Shown: one piece after another, positions 12,863 through 25,585 of the stretch
Position numbering within the stretch: the stretch's first letter is position 1
Layout: the number at the start of each line of letters is the position of its first letter
Assembly: GCF_044704955.1 (NCBI RefSeq)
Contig: NC_091977.1
Coordinates: forward strand, 344,038,001 to 344,102,000
DNA length: 64,000 nucleotides
From: Pristiophorus japonicus
Taxonomy: Eukaryota
Direction of reading: 5' to 3'
Program-made: the position numbers and the translations under genes
The notes under the pieces: model-generated
Databases searched by the model: none
What the model saw: only the letters and a program-made list of their open reading frames with translations
Told to the model about the DNA's origin: nothing

Positions 12863-13976
12863 GGGCCCAATTTTGGCCATGACTTGCATCAATTTTTTTG
12901 GAGTAAGTTTTTTCTGGCGTAAGTTTAAAAAAAATACAATTTTCCCCAAAATATTTGCTCCAGAGTAAGTCCGTTAGGTACGATCTTTTTTTTAGTTCAG
13001 TTTTTTTTTTCAAAAGGGGGCGTTCCCAGACACTTACGGCAGTTTTGGCCATTTATGCCATTTTGGCCAGCTAAAAGTTACTCTAAATCCACTTTGATCA
13101 GCATATGTGGCCAGCTCTGAAAAACCTTGTGGGCAGTTAACAAATCGGTGCAGGTAGGACCTGCAACAAGCACCAAGCAGCAAATATTCAATATAAAAGT
13201 TCAAATAACTACATAAAAATAGGGTAAACAATTGAACAACAATTAAAAAAAATTGTATTAAATCCTACCTTTAGTTGAAATCGGCCGGGGAAGGCAGCGG
13301 GTCGGGTCGGGAGAGTGGGGAGGGAGAGGAAAGGCTGGTCTCGGCAGCATCTTTATAAAGTAGAACTCAAACTGGTTTGTTGTTTGCCCCTCAGTTGACT
13401 TTCATAAAATGGGACTGCACATGGTCTTCATAGGCAGCTTGTCTGTTCTCTGGAAAGGTCCTCTGGCACACTGGACACTCGTAAACAAAGTGCTTCACAA
13501 CGTGCTGCTCGAAATCAGAGTCCTCCAGGTTGAGCATGAAGACGACCTCACACACTGGGCACTTTTGGCTGTCAATGATCTCCTCTTCGGTATCCTATGA
13601 ATTCCCCTTGCCATCCTGGCTCTGCACCAAGTCAATGCTTGCACCGGTCTGCGATCCTTCAATATCAGAGAGTGCCGCAGGCCACTCGGCCCGGGATAGG
13701 GACGGCGTGCTTCGGCCCCTCCCACACAGCGTCGGGCTGCGAGGAGCTACTGCACATGCGCGCACACTCGAGGTGCATGTGCAGAGGTCCCGGCACTGTT
13801 TTCAGCACCAGGACCTGGCTCCGCCCCCGAATCGAGTTGCCACGCTGCGCCACCATCGGGGAGAGGCTGGGGAGCGGCCAAAATGGGCCTGAAGATTTAT
13901 GCCGCTCTAATCGCTCCACAAAAGTGGCTGACCTTTGCTAAGTGCGCCAGAATTTGTACTGGCCAAAATTGGGCCC
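12863..13976 (-). mobile_element. Harbinger-type MITE carrying a captured host-gene fragment (Pack-type)
   Basis: Perfect 17-bp TIRs GGGCCCAATTTTGGCCA; both arms align in reverse to 26967-27791; TSD not preserved (AGT/ATC). Confidence 0.85.
13391..13678 (-). pseudogene. Captured C-terminal fragment of a CALCOCO2 (NDP52)/TAX1BP1-family gene: tandem UBZ-type C2H2 zinc fingers
   Basis: Minus-strand translation AALSDIEGSQTGASIDLVQSQDGKGNS*DTEEEIIDSQKCPVCEVVFMLNLEDSDFEQHVVKHFVYECPVCQRTFPENRQAAYEDHVQSHFMKVN*. Two CPxC..F..(F/Y)ExHVxxH units end at a stop; internal TAG at 13595-13597. Confidence 0.8.
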
Positions 13977-15219
13977 ATCCCCTCTTGCCCAGAAAGAGAA
14001 CAATTTAAACTGTTGAATGTAGTAAATTGTTACGACTTTTTAAAAATGTCAAATTTTGTATTTTTTTTTCTTACTTTTCTCTCCGTCTCTCGCTCTCTCT
14101 CAATCCAATCTTTCGTTTTCTTTTTCTGCACCTGATTTGACTCTAATTCACCCTCCTCCTCCTCTGTTTCTTTCTTGATCCTTAAATCTCTTTCTTTCAC
14201 AATTCGTAAATCTCATTGGTTAAAGAGTGATACTGTTGGTCTTGTCATTCACTGAGGTCCCAGATGCTCTGTTCCCCTTGCACTCCCAGCAAGTTATTAG
14301 TACAAATTATATTCGAACTAAAGGGTGCAGGAAAAAGTCTGTGCATGCAGCGAGGTGCACCACCCCAGCAAGATTTGACCCATTGATACCTGCTCATACT
14401 GTTGCTCCTAGAACCCAATACCCTTGTACTGAACATCACCAAAGTGTCCAGTTCTGCTGTGGTAACCGTCTTTATGATTTCCGAATGGGACCAGAATCAC
14501 AGCATTTTTAGCACTCATGTCCAGAGTCACAGAAAGTCACCAGGACTCATGAGCTCAGCACAGGCAGAGATGGAGACAATGGGCCTTTGGAGAGGGAGAG
14601 AAGTGGCTGTTGTAATTACCATATCAGGCACAGTTCAACTTCACTCCCACTCTTGATTTTAAAGTTTGGCCCTGCTCCTCTGTGTCGATCATATCGACTA
14701 GCAAATGCCAATTCCACTTTGTCCTGACAGTTACTAACCAATTTTCCATTGTTTTTGCAGTAGAATCTGTTAAACTGGCATCCATTCAAATTATTAGAAT
14801 TGTTTGTAAAATAAAATTGCCTGCTATTCGATCTTTAGAAATTTGTATTATGATAACATGGTTAAATGTACATTTATATTCAGTTTTAAAGCTCTAATAG
14901 AAGAAATGCAAAAATTCCCCTCCCTCTGAACACACCCAACTCCCCACTCCAGATCACCTCGCCTCCCCACTTCCCCCTTCTCTCTGGGCTTACTGTACTG
15001 GTATCACTCATTCAACTTGCTTGGGGCTCCACTCTAGTCTGGGGTCCTTCAACAGTCTTGGATTCTTTCACCCCTTCTCCTGCTCCCTGCTTCCAAGCCC
15101 TCTAACTTTTCTTTAGTCATTTACTCTCCCCATTTCGCTGGCCACGAATCATGCTCCTTCTTTCCCATGTACCCCTGTTTTTTTAACTCTGTTCCACATC
15201 CATCATCACAGTCCTCCTG

Positions 15220-16358
15220 GTCATGTGGGCAGAGCAGTGGCAAATGGAATTTAATTCAGAGAAGTGTGAGGGGATGCACTTTGGGAGGGCTAATAAGGAA
15301 AGGGTATACACATTAGTCAGTAGGTCACTTAATAGTGTAGATGAACAAAGGGACCTTGGAGTGTTTGTCCACAGATCCCTGAAAGAAGCAGGCCAGATGG
15401 TTAAGAAGGCATATGGAATGCTTGCCTTTATTGGTCAAGACATAGAATATAAGAGCAGGAAGGTTATGCTTAAATTGTATAATACTTTGGTTAGGCCACA
15501 GCTGGAGTACTGCGTGCAGTTCTGGTTGCCGTATTATAGGAAGGATGCGATTGCACTAGAGAGGGTGCAGAAGAGATTTACTAGGATGTTGCCTGGAATG
15601 GAGAATCTTAGTTATGAGGACAGATTTGATAGGCTGTGTTTGTTCTCATTGGAACAGAGCAGATTGAGAGGAGACCTCATTGAGGTGTACAAAATATTGA
15701 GGGGCCTGGACATAGTGAATAGTAAGGGCCTATTTCCATTGGTGGAGGGATCTATAACGAGGGGGCATAGTTTTAAGGTGATTGGTGGAAGGTTTAGAGG
15801 GGATTTGAAGGGGGGCTTCTTTACGCAGAGGGTTGTGGGGATCTGGAATTCACTACCTGAAAGAGTGGTGGATGCAGAAACCCTCACCACTTTTAAGAGA
15901 TGGTTGGATGGGCACTTAAAGTGCTGTAACCTGCAGGGTTACGGACCTCGAGCTGGTAATTGGGATTAGACTGGATGACTTTTTATTGGATGGCGCAGAT
16001 ATAATGGTAAGTATAGAATAGAATACGGCCAGCGTGATCTCCTGGACTAGTTTCGATCGCCAGGATGGGTCAGAGAGGAATTTTCCCAGATTTTTTCTCC
16101 CTAAATTGGCCTAGGTTTTTATCTGGTTTTTGCCTCTTCTAGGAGGGGTGGTGTGTAGAATGTTTCAGTATAAGGGGTGTCGCAGTTGTGTGAGGCGGAC
16201 TGGTTGGGCTGAGTGCTCTTTGCCTTCCCGTCATTGTTCATAGGTTTATATGTAACCTTTAGGGCTGCTGACCAAGGGCCGTGCGACTCTTTGTCGGCCA
16301 GCGCGGACACGATAAGGCGAAATGGCCGCCTTCTGCGCTGTAAATTTCTATGTTTCTA
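15220..16358 (+). mobile_element. 5'-truncated CR1 LINE (ORF2 C-terminus plus about 390-bp 3' UTR)
   Basis: WQMEFN..KC, LVRPQLEYCVQFW, RLRGDLIEVYK, FFTQRVV; tail TTTCTATGTTTCTA. Confidence 0.9.
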
Positions 16359-19300
16359 ACATCCCTGATTGAATTATCTTTTGCCCTCTAATTGTGCTTG
16401 ACCTGAAGACCACATTTGGCTTTGATGAAGTAATTAGAATAACTTCTGATGATGCTAATTGCGGTTTTCAAATGTTTACAATTTTACAGTTCTGGTTTGA
16501 ATTGCTAATTTTGTAGAAGATATTGCCACCTTTTGCAAGGTCTTTTCCTTCTAAGGCTTTGGCGCTGTGAGGATTGTTGATTATAGAATTTTATTTCGGC
16601 CTGATTTGCTCAAGGGGTGCCTGGAATAAACAGAAAATTCTGTCTGTGTTAATAAAGCTGCAGAGGCCTTTCTTGTTTGTTTTGTGCTGATTTGCATTCA
16701 TTTAGCTTCTTTGGTTCCTCTGTTCTTGCTCAGCTGTCATAATTGATGAAGCCTGGAAGTTGAAATGCTTTGTAATTTTCCATGACAAAAGGCACATTGC
16801 ACATTCATTGCACCTGCGTATCCTGTCGGCTCGTGTCGCTATCTCCAATTGGACCATTTTACGTAAAATGTTATGTAGCTTCCCGTACACTGAAGCCTTT
16901 GATGGTATTGTTTTCATGTGCTGCTTATTCAGATGTAAAATAAATATTATCTCAATTTTTTTTCTATAAAGCATTGCCTGATTCAGAAGTTTGAATGAGC
17001 ACGTTTGTGTGCAAATCTGCATATAATGCAAATTCAACTTAATACAAAATATTTAATATTATGCAGATAAGCTTTAATCCTTTGGCCCACGTGACTGCTG
17101 TCTGATTACGTTCAGCATCTGTAAGGAATACAGATATTCTGAATACTGAACATGTGTCTTGTGTTGTTGTGATCCTCTTAAGAGTCTCTATACTGGAAGC
17201 TTGTGACCAGTGAGCAGAATTTTGATGTACAATAGGCGGTGTTCTGTGTGCTTGTGTGAAACTGTTTTTCAGAATCTTTATGTCTGTGCCAAGTGGGTCA
17301 TCTGGAGCCAACGTGATTTCAGGTATTTGTTTTACAAACAGCAGGAGGCTTTTGCATAAAAGCCTGTAAGCAGAGAGACTTTTATTTTGAACTTATCCAA
17401 CAGCTGTTGGCTATTGCAGTGTGAAACTGCAGATCTGACTAGGTCACAGTGTTTTGTTTTATCTGTGTGGTGCACTGGAGATAGCGACACAGGCACCTAC
17501 AGTTACTCAGCTGCTTCAGGATCAGATTTGGTATTTCATTCTGCAATCAGGAGGTTTTGGAGAAAAATGGCCATGGATGATGGTGAGCGGCAACAAGAAA
17601 TATAGCCAGAGCATGTAGAGTCGCAGTATTCATACAGGACAAAGCTTATGCTATCACAGTTTTCATTTTTGCAGATTTATTCGGTATGATGAGAGGAGAG
17701 AAGTCAAGCTTGTGGTTTATTTTATTGAATTTTTATTGATTGGATTATTTCAGATTTGTTCTTGGAATACAACAATCAGAGAGCCTGCTTAGAATATATG
17801 TGCAATACTTCTAATTATTTATTGATAATATAAACATTGAAATCTTCTGATCTGCATTAGGTGTGTTAAATGTTCTTTTTGTTTCTTCATCTGAAGTATT
17901 CATGACTGCAGAAATGATAGATTTTTCTTGATAAAATTAATTTGGGTTTTAATTTTAATAGCAGTAAGAGATAACTTGACTATATTTATTGAAACTTATA
18001 GAATATAACATTTTTGAAGCATCAAAATTGTTCATGGAATCTATATTTTGTATGCAAATGAAATGTCTAATGAATGGAGCATTTGAGGAATTGTGATTTA
18101 TTGTGCAGTGAATTGATATTTTGGTCAAATGGGCTTATTTAATTAGGACTGCACGCTATCTGGGGAACTGGTTCAGTTGCAGAAATGGTCTGCACAGTCA
18201 AAATGTTGAATATCTTGGGTGATGAGAAATAGTATAAACAGAGAGCAATTATTGAAATGCATTTACAAGAAAAGTTAGGAAAAAAAGTGGATTGGTATCA
18301 AATTCCAGTAGCCAAAAGGTTAATAATTGATATGTTACACAAAACAACGATTTCTTTTTTAAAAAGCATAGCATTTTTTGGTACTAATTGTCATTTAATT
18401 CTATTCTCTCTTTGAACAACACACAATGCTCCTTGTTGTAACTGATTTAGGCCACATACAGCTGAAGGGCACTTGTCTAGATTTGTGTTGCAGCTTCCTA
18501 CGTCCTCCCAGAATTGGGTTTGGAGGATTTGCAGTTCTAAATTATGGCTATGGGTCCCTTGAGGGGGCCACATTGTTTGTGGAAATTCATCATTCATTAA
18601 TGCCAGGGGGGAAAAGGTGCACAGCGCATAGGGTGAGATGATATGTGCAGGAGCTTTGTGAAATGATGCCAGGAATGATTTGCAGCATTGGTGCAATTTA
18701 AGTGTGTGTTGCTATATCACCATAAAACCAGATGGCAGCTTGTCTGAGCTAAAAAAAACAGTTTGCTGGAAGTCTTTTGAATATTGATGTCGTAATGTCA
18801 ATGTGTTGAAAAAGTTGTTATGTCTGCATGGTAGAACCTTTTATTACAGCCATTTTCCAGCCAAATCTATTTGGTTAAGTGAGCTCAAAGAAATTGAAGG
18901 CACAAACTGAAGTAGTGTGAGGAAAAAATCAAAACAAGGGAGGAAATAACTGTAAACACAGGTACAATTGGATAAGTAATGAGTGTCAATGAATCACTGA
19001 AAAACATGAGAGCAAGGATTAAAGGATTAATTCAAAGGGTAAGGCTGACTGACGTAAGAGCATGATACTGTGGCTGTTCATAGTTCAGTGAGATACTTGT
19101 ATATTAAATTGAGGTGTTTGTATCTATATGCTGTTCAATGGCATCCTTGCAAAATAAAATAAGATTACATGGAAATAAGTGAATTTTTGGAGGTCTGGAA
19201 TTATATACTTAAAATACTTATTTTAATTTGTTAATGGGTCCATTTAATATATTTTACTATTTAGGAGATGATTTTGCAGATGAAAATCAGTGAGCAGCAG

Positions 19301-20042
19301 AAACACATAGTTCCAGAATCAATTTGATCTGAGTCTTTCACAACAAATTGTTTTGGAAATTGATGTATTCCAGATTTCTGCCACTTGTACAAAGGCCATA
19401 TTTTTTGTTTATAGCTTTTATGAATTAACAGTGGTAAGTGGCATTTTGGAGAGGTAATAACAGTTAATTACATTAAATTTTATGGGAGAGATATCCTATA
19501 TGCAGCAACATTTCAGTTTGTTAATGTATTGGTGTAATTAATTGTTCAGGGTTGCCAAAACAAGAAAGCTACGATTCGCCGTTTTCTGTGTTATTCTGTC
19601 GAGCACATTTCTACCAATCATCCAACCGTAGAAAGATCATAAGGTCAGAAGTAGGGCTCTTCGCTTATGATTGCACACTATTCAGCTCCAGTCGCAGTTC
19701 CTTAGATAATGAAGCAGTCCGTGCTTGGATATAGCAAGACCTGGTCAACATCCAGGCTTGGGTTGATAAGTGGCAAGTAACATTTGGGCCACATAAGTGC
19801 CAGGCAATGACCATCTCAAATAAAAGAGAGTCCAACCACCTCCCCATGACATTCAATGGCATCACCATCGCTGAACCCTCCACTTTCAACGTTCTGAGGG
19901 TTGCCGTTGACCAGAAACTCAACTGGACCAGCCACATAAATGGTTACAAGAGCAGGTCAAAGGCTGGGTATTCTGCAGTGAGTGGCTCACCACCTAATTC
20001 CCCAAAAAGTCGCCACCATCTACAAGGCACAAGCCAGGAGTG

Positions 20043-21640
20043 TTTTTTTTTTATTCGTTCATGGGATGTGGATATCGCTGGCAGGCCAGCATTTATTGCC
20101 TATCCATAATTGCTCTTGAGAAGGTAGTGGTGAGCTGCTGCTGCCTTGAACCGCTGCAGTCCGTGTGATGAAGATACTCCCATAGTGCTGTTAGGGAGGG
20201 AGTTCCAAGATTTTGACCCAGCGATGATGAAAGAACGGCAATCTACTTCCAAGTCAGGATGGTGTGTAACTTGGAGGTGATGGTATTCCCATGCGCCTGC
20301 TGCCCTTGTTCTTCTAGGTGGTAGAGGTCGTGGGTTTGGGAGGTGCTGCCGAAGAAGCCTTGGCGAGTTGCTGCAAGTGCGTCTTTTACACACTGCAGCT
20401 GCGGTGTGCTGGTGGTGGAGGGAGTGCATGTTTAAGGTGGTGGATTGGGTGCCAATCAAGCCTGAATGCTGTTGCAGCTGCACCCATCCAGGCAAGTGGG
20501 GAATATTCAATCACACTCCTGACTTGTGCCTTGCAGATGGTGGAAAGGCTTTGGGAGTCAGGAGGTAAGACACTCGCAGCAGAATACCCAGCCTCTGACC
20601 TGCTCTTGTTGCCACAGTATTTGTGACTGGTCCAGTTTAATTTCTGATCAATGATGATCTCCACGATGTTGATGGTGGGGGATTCGGCGATAGTAATGCC
20701 ATTGTATGTCAAAGGGCAGTGTTTAGACTCTCGCTTGTTGGAGAGTAGGCAAACACATGGCAGATGCAGTATAATGTGGATAAATGTGAAGTTATCCACT
20801 TTGGTAGGAAAAACATATGGACAAAGTATTACTTAAATGGTGATCGCTTGGAAAGTGTCGATGTACATAGGGACCTGGGTGTCCTTGTACACCAGTCATT
20901 GGAAGCAAACATGCAGGTGCAGCAAGCAGTTAGGAAGGCAAATGCAAGAGGAATTGAGTACAGGATCAAGGATGTCTTACTACAATTATATAGGGCCTTG
21001 GTGAGACCACACCTGGAATATTGTGTGCAGTTTTGGTCTCCTTACCTAAGAAAGGATATACTTGCCATAGAGGAAGTGCAGCGAAGGTTCACCAGACTGA
21101 TTCCTGGGATGGCAGGACTGTCGTATGAGGAAGGATTGGGTCGACTAGGCCTGTATTCACTAGAGTTTAGAAGGAGAGGGAATCTCATTGAAACGTATAA
21201 AATTCTGACTGGGTTGGATCGACTGGATGCGGGGAAGATGTTTCCCCTGGCTGGGAAGTCTAGAACAAGGGGTCGCAGTCTCAGGATACGGGGTAGGAAA
21301 TTTAAGACTGAGATGAGGAGAAATTTTTTCACTGAGTGGGTGGTGAACCTGTGGAATTCTCTACCACAGAAGGCTGTGGAGGCCAAGTCGCTGAATATAT
21401 TTAAGAAGGAGATAGATTTCTAGAAACAAAAGACATCAAGGAGTACGTGGAAAAAGTGGGATTTTCGTGTTGAGATAGAGGATCAGCCATGATCATATTG
21501 AATGGCCTACTACTGCTCCTATTTTTTATGTTTCTATGAGATAGTCATTGCCTGACACAAGTGTTGCGCGAATGTTACTTGCCACTTCTCAGACCAAGCC
21601 TGAATGCCGTCCAGGTCTTGCTGCATGATGCATGGACTGT
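20043..21640 (-). mobile_element. Same CR1/L2-group LINE family, antisense copy B, itself split by a CR1
   Basis: Begins with poly(T) plus the rc of the 3' tail; minus translation SNKRES..NGITIAESPTINI..DQKLNWTSH, KAQVRSVIEYSPLAWMGAA. Confidence 0.8.
20743..21537 (+). mobile_element. 5'-truncated CR1 LINE
   Basis: ORF 20764-21423 MQYNVDKCEVIHFG..LVRPHLEYCVQFW; TTTCTATG tail. Confidence 0.9.
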
Positions 21641-22736
21641 TTTGAGGATGTGATGGAATACTCTCCACTTGCTTATATAGGTGCAGCTGCAACAGCATTC
21701 AAGAAGTTCAACACCATCCAGGACAAAATTGTTTGCTTGATCAGCAGCACAACCATCATCTCAAATATCCACTCCCTCCATCACTGGCGCACTGGCTGCA
21801 GTGTACACTACCTGTAGGATAGACGACTGCAACTCACCAAGGCTTCTTCTGCCGCACCTCCCAAACCCGCCACCTCCACCATCTGGAAAGGACAAAGGCT
21901 GCAGGTGCATGGGAACACCATCACGTCCAAGTGCCATACCATCCTGACTTGGGCACATATCACGGTTCCGTCATGGTCACTAGGTCAAAATCCTGTAACT
22001 CCCTACTTGACTGCATTGTGGGAGTGCCTTCACCATGTGGACTGCAGCGGTTGAAGAAGGCGGCTCAGCGCCATGTTTTTGAGAGTAACTAGGTATGTGC
22101 AATAAATGCTGGCCTTGCCATCAATGTCTCCATCCCAAGAATGTATTAAAAAAAATTAGCCGTCTCAAAAGTTAAGATGGTGCATAAGGCAGCCTATGTG
22201 AGTTGTAAAGGGATGCCGATTGTCCTCCGCTTCACACATTTAAACTGAACAGCCAATTAGGATTTTGACAAATATTAGAAAGTGATAGCATAGACAAAAT
22301 AATCTGGTCTTCAACATTGGCGGAAAGTACTAGTGAAGTTTGGAAGGCATCAGTGCCAATCTCAACAAAAAAAATATGCATTTGTAAAGTGTATTTTAAT
22401 GTAATATAGATGAAAACAGACTGATTTTTTTTAATGCTAGTGGAATTAGGAGAGGTGACCAAATGCCTGGCTGAAAATGTTCATTTTGAGGAAGTTTTAA
22501 AAGATGGAGAGAGATTTAGCAAGGTGAAGCATTTTAGAGTGAAGGCAGAGTGCCAAACCTAGACAACTGAAAACTCTGCCATCAAGTGAGGAATGAATGC
22601 CAGGGGAGCCAAAATTCTGATGAGTGGACGAGGTTGCAGGGGTTAGGTAGGGTTGAGGCCATGGTGACATTTGTAAAGGACAGGGATTTTGATGCTTTGA
22701 GGGGGAAGTTGGAGCTTGTGTAGTTCATTGGTTTCT

Positions 22737-24101
22737 GCACGAAAGATGCAGGGAACAGCACCAATCCTTTTGTACATGGCCTTCTTTGACCTTACAAAGG
22801 CCTTTGACACTGTCACCCACGAGGGACTATGGAGCGGCATCCTCCGTTTTGGCCGCCCCCAAAAGTTCGTAACCATTCTTCGCCTGCTCCACGACGACAT
22901 GCAAGCCGTGATCCTGACCAATAGATCCATTACAGACCCAATCCACGTCCGGACCGGGCTCAAGCAGGGCTGCGTCATCGCATCAACTCTCTTCTCAATC
23001 TTCCTTGCCGCAATTCTCCACCTCACGCTCAACAAGCTTCCCCGCTGGAGTGTAACTAAATTACAGAACCAGTGGGAACCTGTTCAACCTTCGTCGTCTC
23101 CAGGCCAGATCCAAGATCGTCCCAACCTCTGTCGTTGAACTACAGTACACGGACGACCCATGCTTCTGCGCCCATTCAGAGACTGAACTCCAAGTCATAG
23201 TCAGCATCTTCACTGAGGCGTATGAAAACATAGGCCTTACACTAAACATCCGTAAGACAAAGGTCCTCCACCAGCCTGACCCCGCCACACAGCACTACCC
23301 CCCCCAGTCATCAAGATCCACAGCACGGCACTGGACAACATGGACCACTTTCCATACCTCGGGAGTCTATTATCAACAAGGGCAGACATCGACGACGAGA
23401 TTCAACACCGCCTCCAGTGCGCCAGCGCAGCCTTCGGCCGCCTGGAGAAGAGAGTGTTCGAAGATCAGGCCCTCAAATCTGCCACCAAACTCATGGTCTA
23501 CAGGGCTGTAGTGATGCCCGCCCTCCTGTATGGCTCAGAGACGTGGACCATGTATAGTAGACACCTCAAATCGTTGGAGAAATACCACCAATGATGTCTC
23601 TGCAAGATCCTGCAAATCCCCTGGGAGGACAGACGCACCAACATAAATGTTCGCGATCAGGCCAACATCGAAGCACTGACCACACTTGACCAGCTCCACT
23701 GGGCGGGCCACATTGTTCGCATGCCTGACACAAGACTCCCAAGGCAAGCGCTCTACTCTGAACTCCTACACGGCAAGCGAGCCCAAGGTGGGCAGAGGAA
23801 ATGTTTCACAGACACCCTCAAAGCCTCCTTGATCAAATGCAACATCCCCACCGACACCTGGGAGTCCCTGGCCAAAGACCGCCCTAAGTGGAGGAAGAGC
23901 ATCCAGTAGGGCGCTGAGCACCTCGAGTCTCGTCGCCGAGAGCATGCAGAAAACAAGCGCAGGCAGCGGAAGGAGCGTGCGGCAAACTAGACTCACCACC
24001 CACCCTTTCCTTCAACGACATTAGATTATTTAGTCACCTAAGAACTCATTTTTAGAATGGAAACAAGTCTTCCTCGATTTCGAGAGACTGCCTATGATGA
24101 T
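22737..24101 (+). mobile_element. RTE-clade LINE 3' part (decayed RT)
   Basis: FDLTKAFDTV, GLKQGCV, YTDD, FPYLGS, LLYGSETW, MPDTRLP; 3' end ..CTGCCTATGATGAT. Confidence 0.9.
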
Positions 24102-25585
24102 CCGACACACCAACCTCATAGCCCAAAAAAGGTTGTTCAATTTTTGTTACTGCGGGCTGTGTGTCTTCATACCTGTGATTGAGGTATTGCTGCAACATTG
24201 AGACCAAAGTCTAATAACTGTCAATTATCTGCTGATTGCCACTTCGATTATGGTAGATCATGGAGGTTCCACTGTAAGGTAAAGTAATGCATTCAAGACA
24301 TTGGTTTAATGCCTGTGCTATTTTGGGTCATCTAACCGATTCACTTCCTACTGATTCACTCTTGACTTGCTTTGTGAAAATTAGAAGCAATCAAAATGAC
24401 AGCATAAGTTGTATGAAACACAAAGCTATAATGTTGAAGTGATCAAACAAGAGTATAATAGGAACTTACCAATATTGGTAGGTGTAATTATTTAGGGTGA
24501 ACTGCTCAGGCTAAAAAATAATGCAGTTTGATTGAAAATGTGTTTGTTTTAGCCATGTTTTTAATTGTTTTCAACCTTGCTGACAAATTTGTTTAAAATC
24601 ATTGTGATCTTTTTCAACTCATCACCACTTCATCCTAAGAGTTGCCACCTTTTGGAGTTGTTATTGGTCATGTCCTAGCTGTTTCAGATTAACATTTTTC
24701 TTTTTTATAATGAGCCTTTGTATAAGTTTGGTTAGACAAATGAGGTGCTGGTTGTGTTTATGCAAGAAATTGATGGGACATTCATGGATTGATTGCATAA
24801 TTTCATATTTGTTCTTGGAATACAACAATCTGCAAGCCTGCTTAGAATGTATGTGCAGTACTTCTAATTATTTATTGGTAATGCAAGCTTTTCCTGCATG
24901 CTGATCCCTGACTTCTCTTCTGACTGAAGTGTTCCATTTTTTAATTATTCTTTCCCAGGTTAATTTAATTCAGGGCATTATTGATGAATTACATTTTTTC
25001 TTTAGTGAATTTCCTTCAGTCACTTGGCGTTGTTAGTATCCTCGTGGCCCTCAATTCATTTACCACTTCACAAAAAACTATTGTGTAAACCTAATTTCAA
25101 ACAAGACTGAAATTAACTTCTAACGCCTTCCCAATAATCCCATAAACATGCTATCTCTTGGAAGGATTGGAGTATGCAGTTCTGATGTGCCTGTGTTTTT
25201 ATTAAGCATTTTTTGATCTGAGTTCAATAGATTGTGGCATTGAACAATTCATATGTGCTGAATAAATGCTAAGGCTGCAGGCTGAGATTATTGTGACTGC
25301 AGAAGTTGTTCAATGCTAAGTAACCTCCAGACTATTTCTCACTTACGCTACATAATTTTTCTTCCCTCTCGTATTCAAGCTACAATGTTTATCTCGCGTG
25401 TACTCGTAACCCTCTAGCACCTGTGCAAGTCTGGGCATTGATCATGGTTGGGTGGGGGTGGCCGGAGGGCACAACAACTGAACCTGATTGTCCTTGCCAG
25501 GTGCTCATATACATACATTATTTGAAAAGCACAATTGGCATCAGGAACCCTGGCTTTTCTTTTGTTTCTTATCCAAAGAATCAAT

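Larger units (their letters stand above)
12603..14381. mobile_element. Older Harbinger-type MITE hosting the 12863-13976 element
   Basis: Imperfect TIRs GGGCCAAGTCTTCCTGG vs rc GGGTCAAATCTTGCTGG (14/17); flanks TTT and ATT. Confidence 0.55.
19636..22155 (+). mobile_element. CR1/L2-group LINE 3' part (copy A), split by an antisense copy of the same family
   Basis: IIRSEVGLFAYDC (decayed FADD)..QDLVNIQAW.DKWQV..DQKLNWTSHI at 19636-20042; resumes ..MEYSPLA.. at 21645 and ends AATAAATGCTGGCCTTGCC..poly(A). Confidence 0.8.

Noticed and set aside
24150-24277. Tigger-type MITE ending GGAGGTTCCACTG|TA
   Set aside because: Only one terminus is visible; partner TIR not found, so not annotated.
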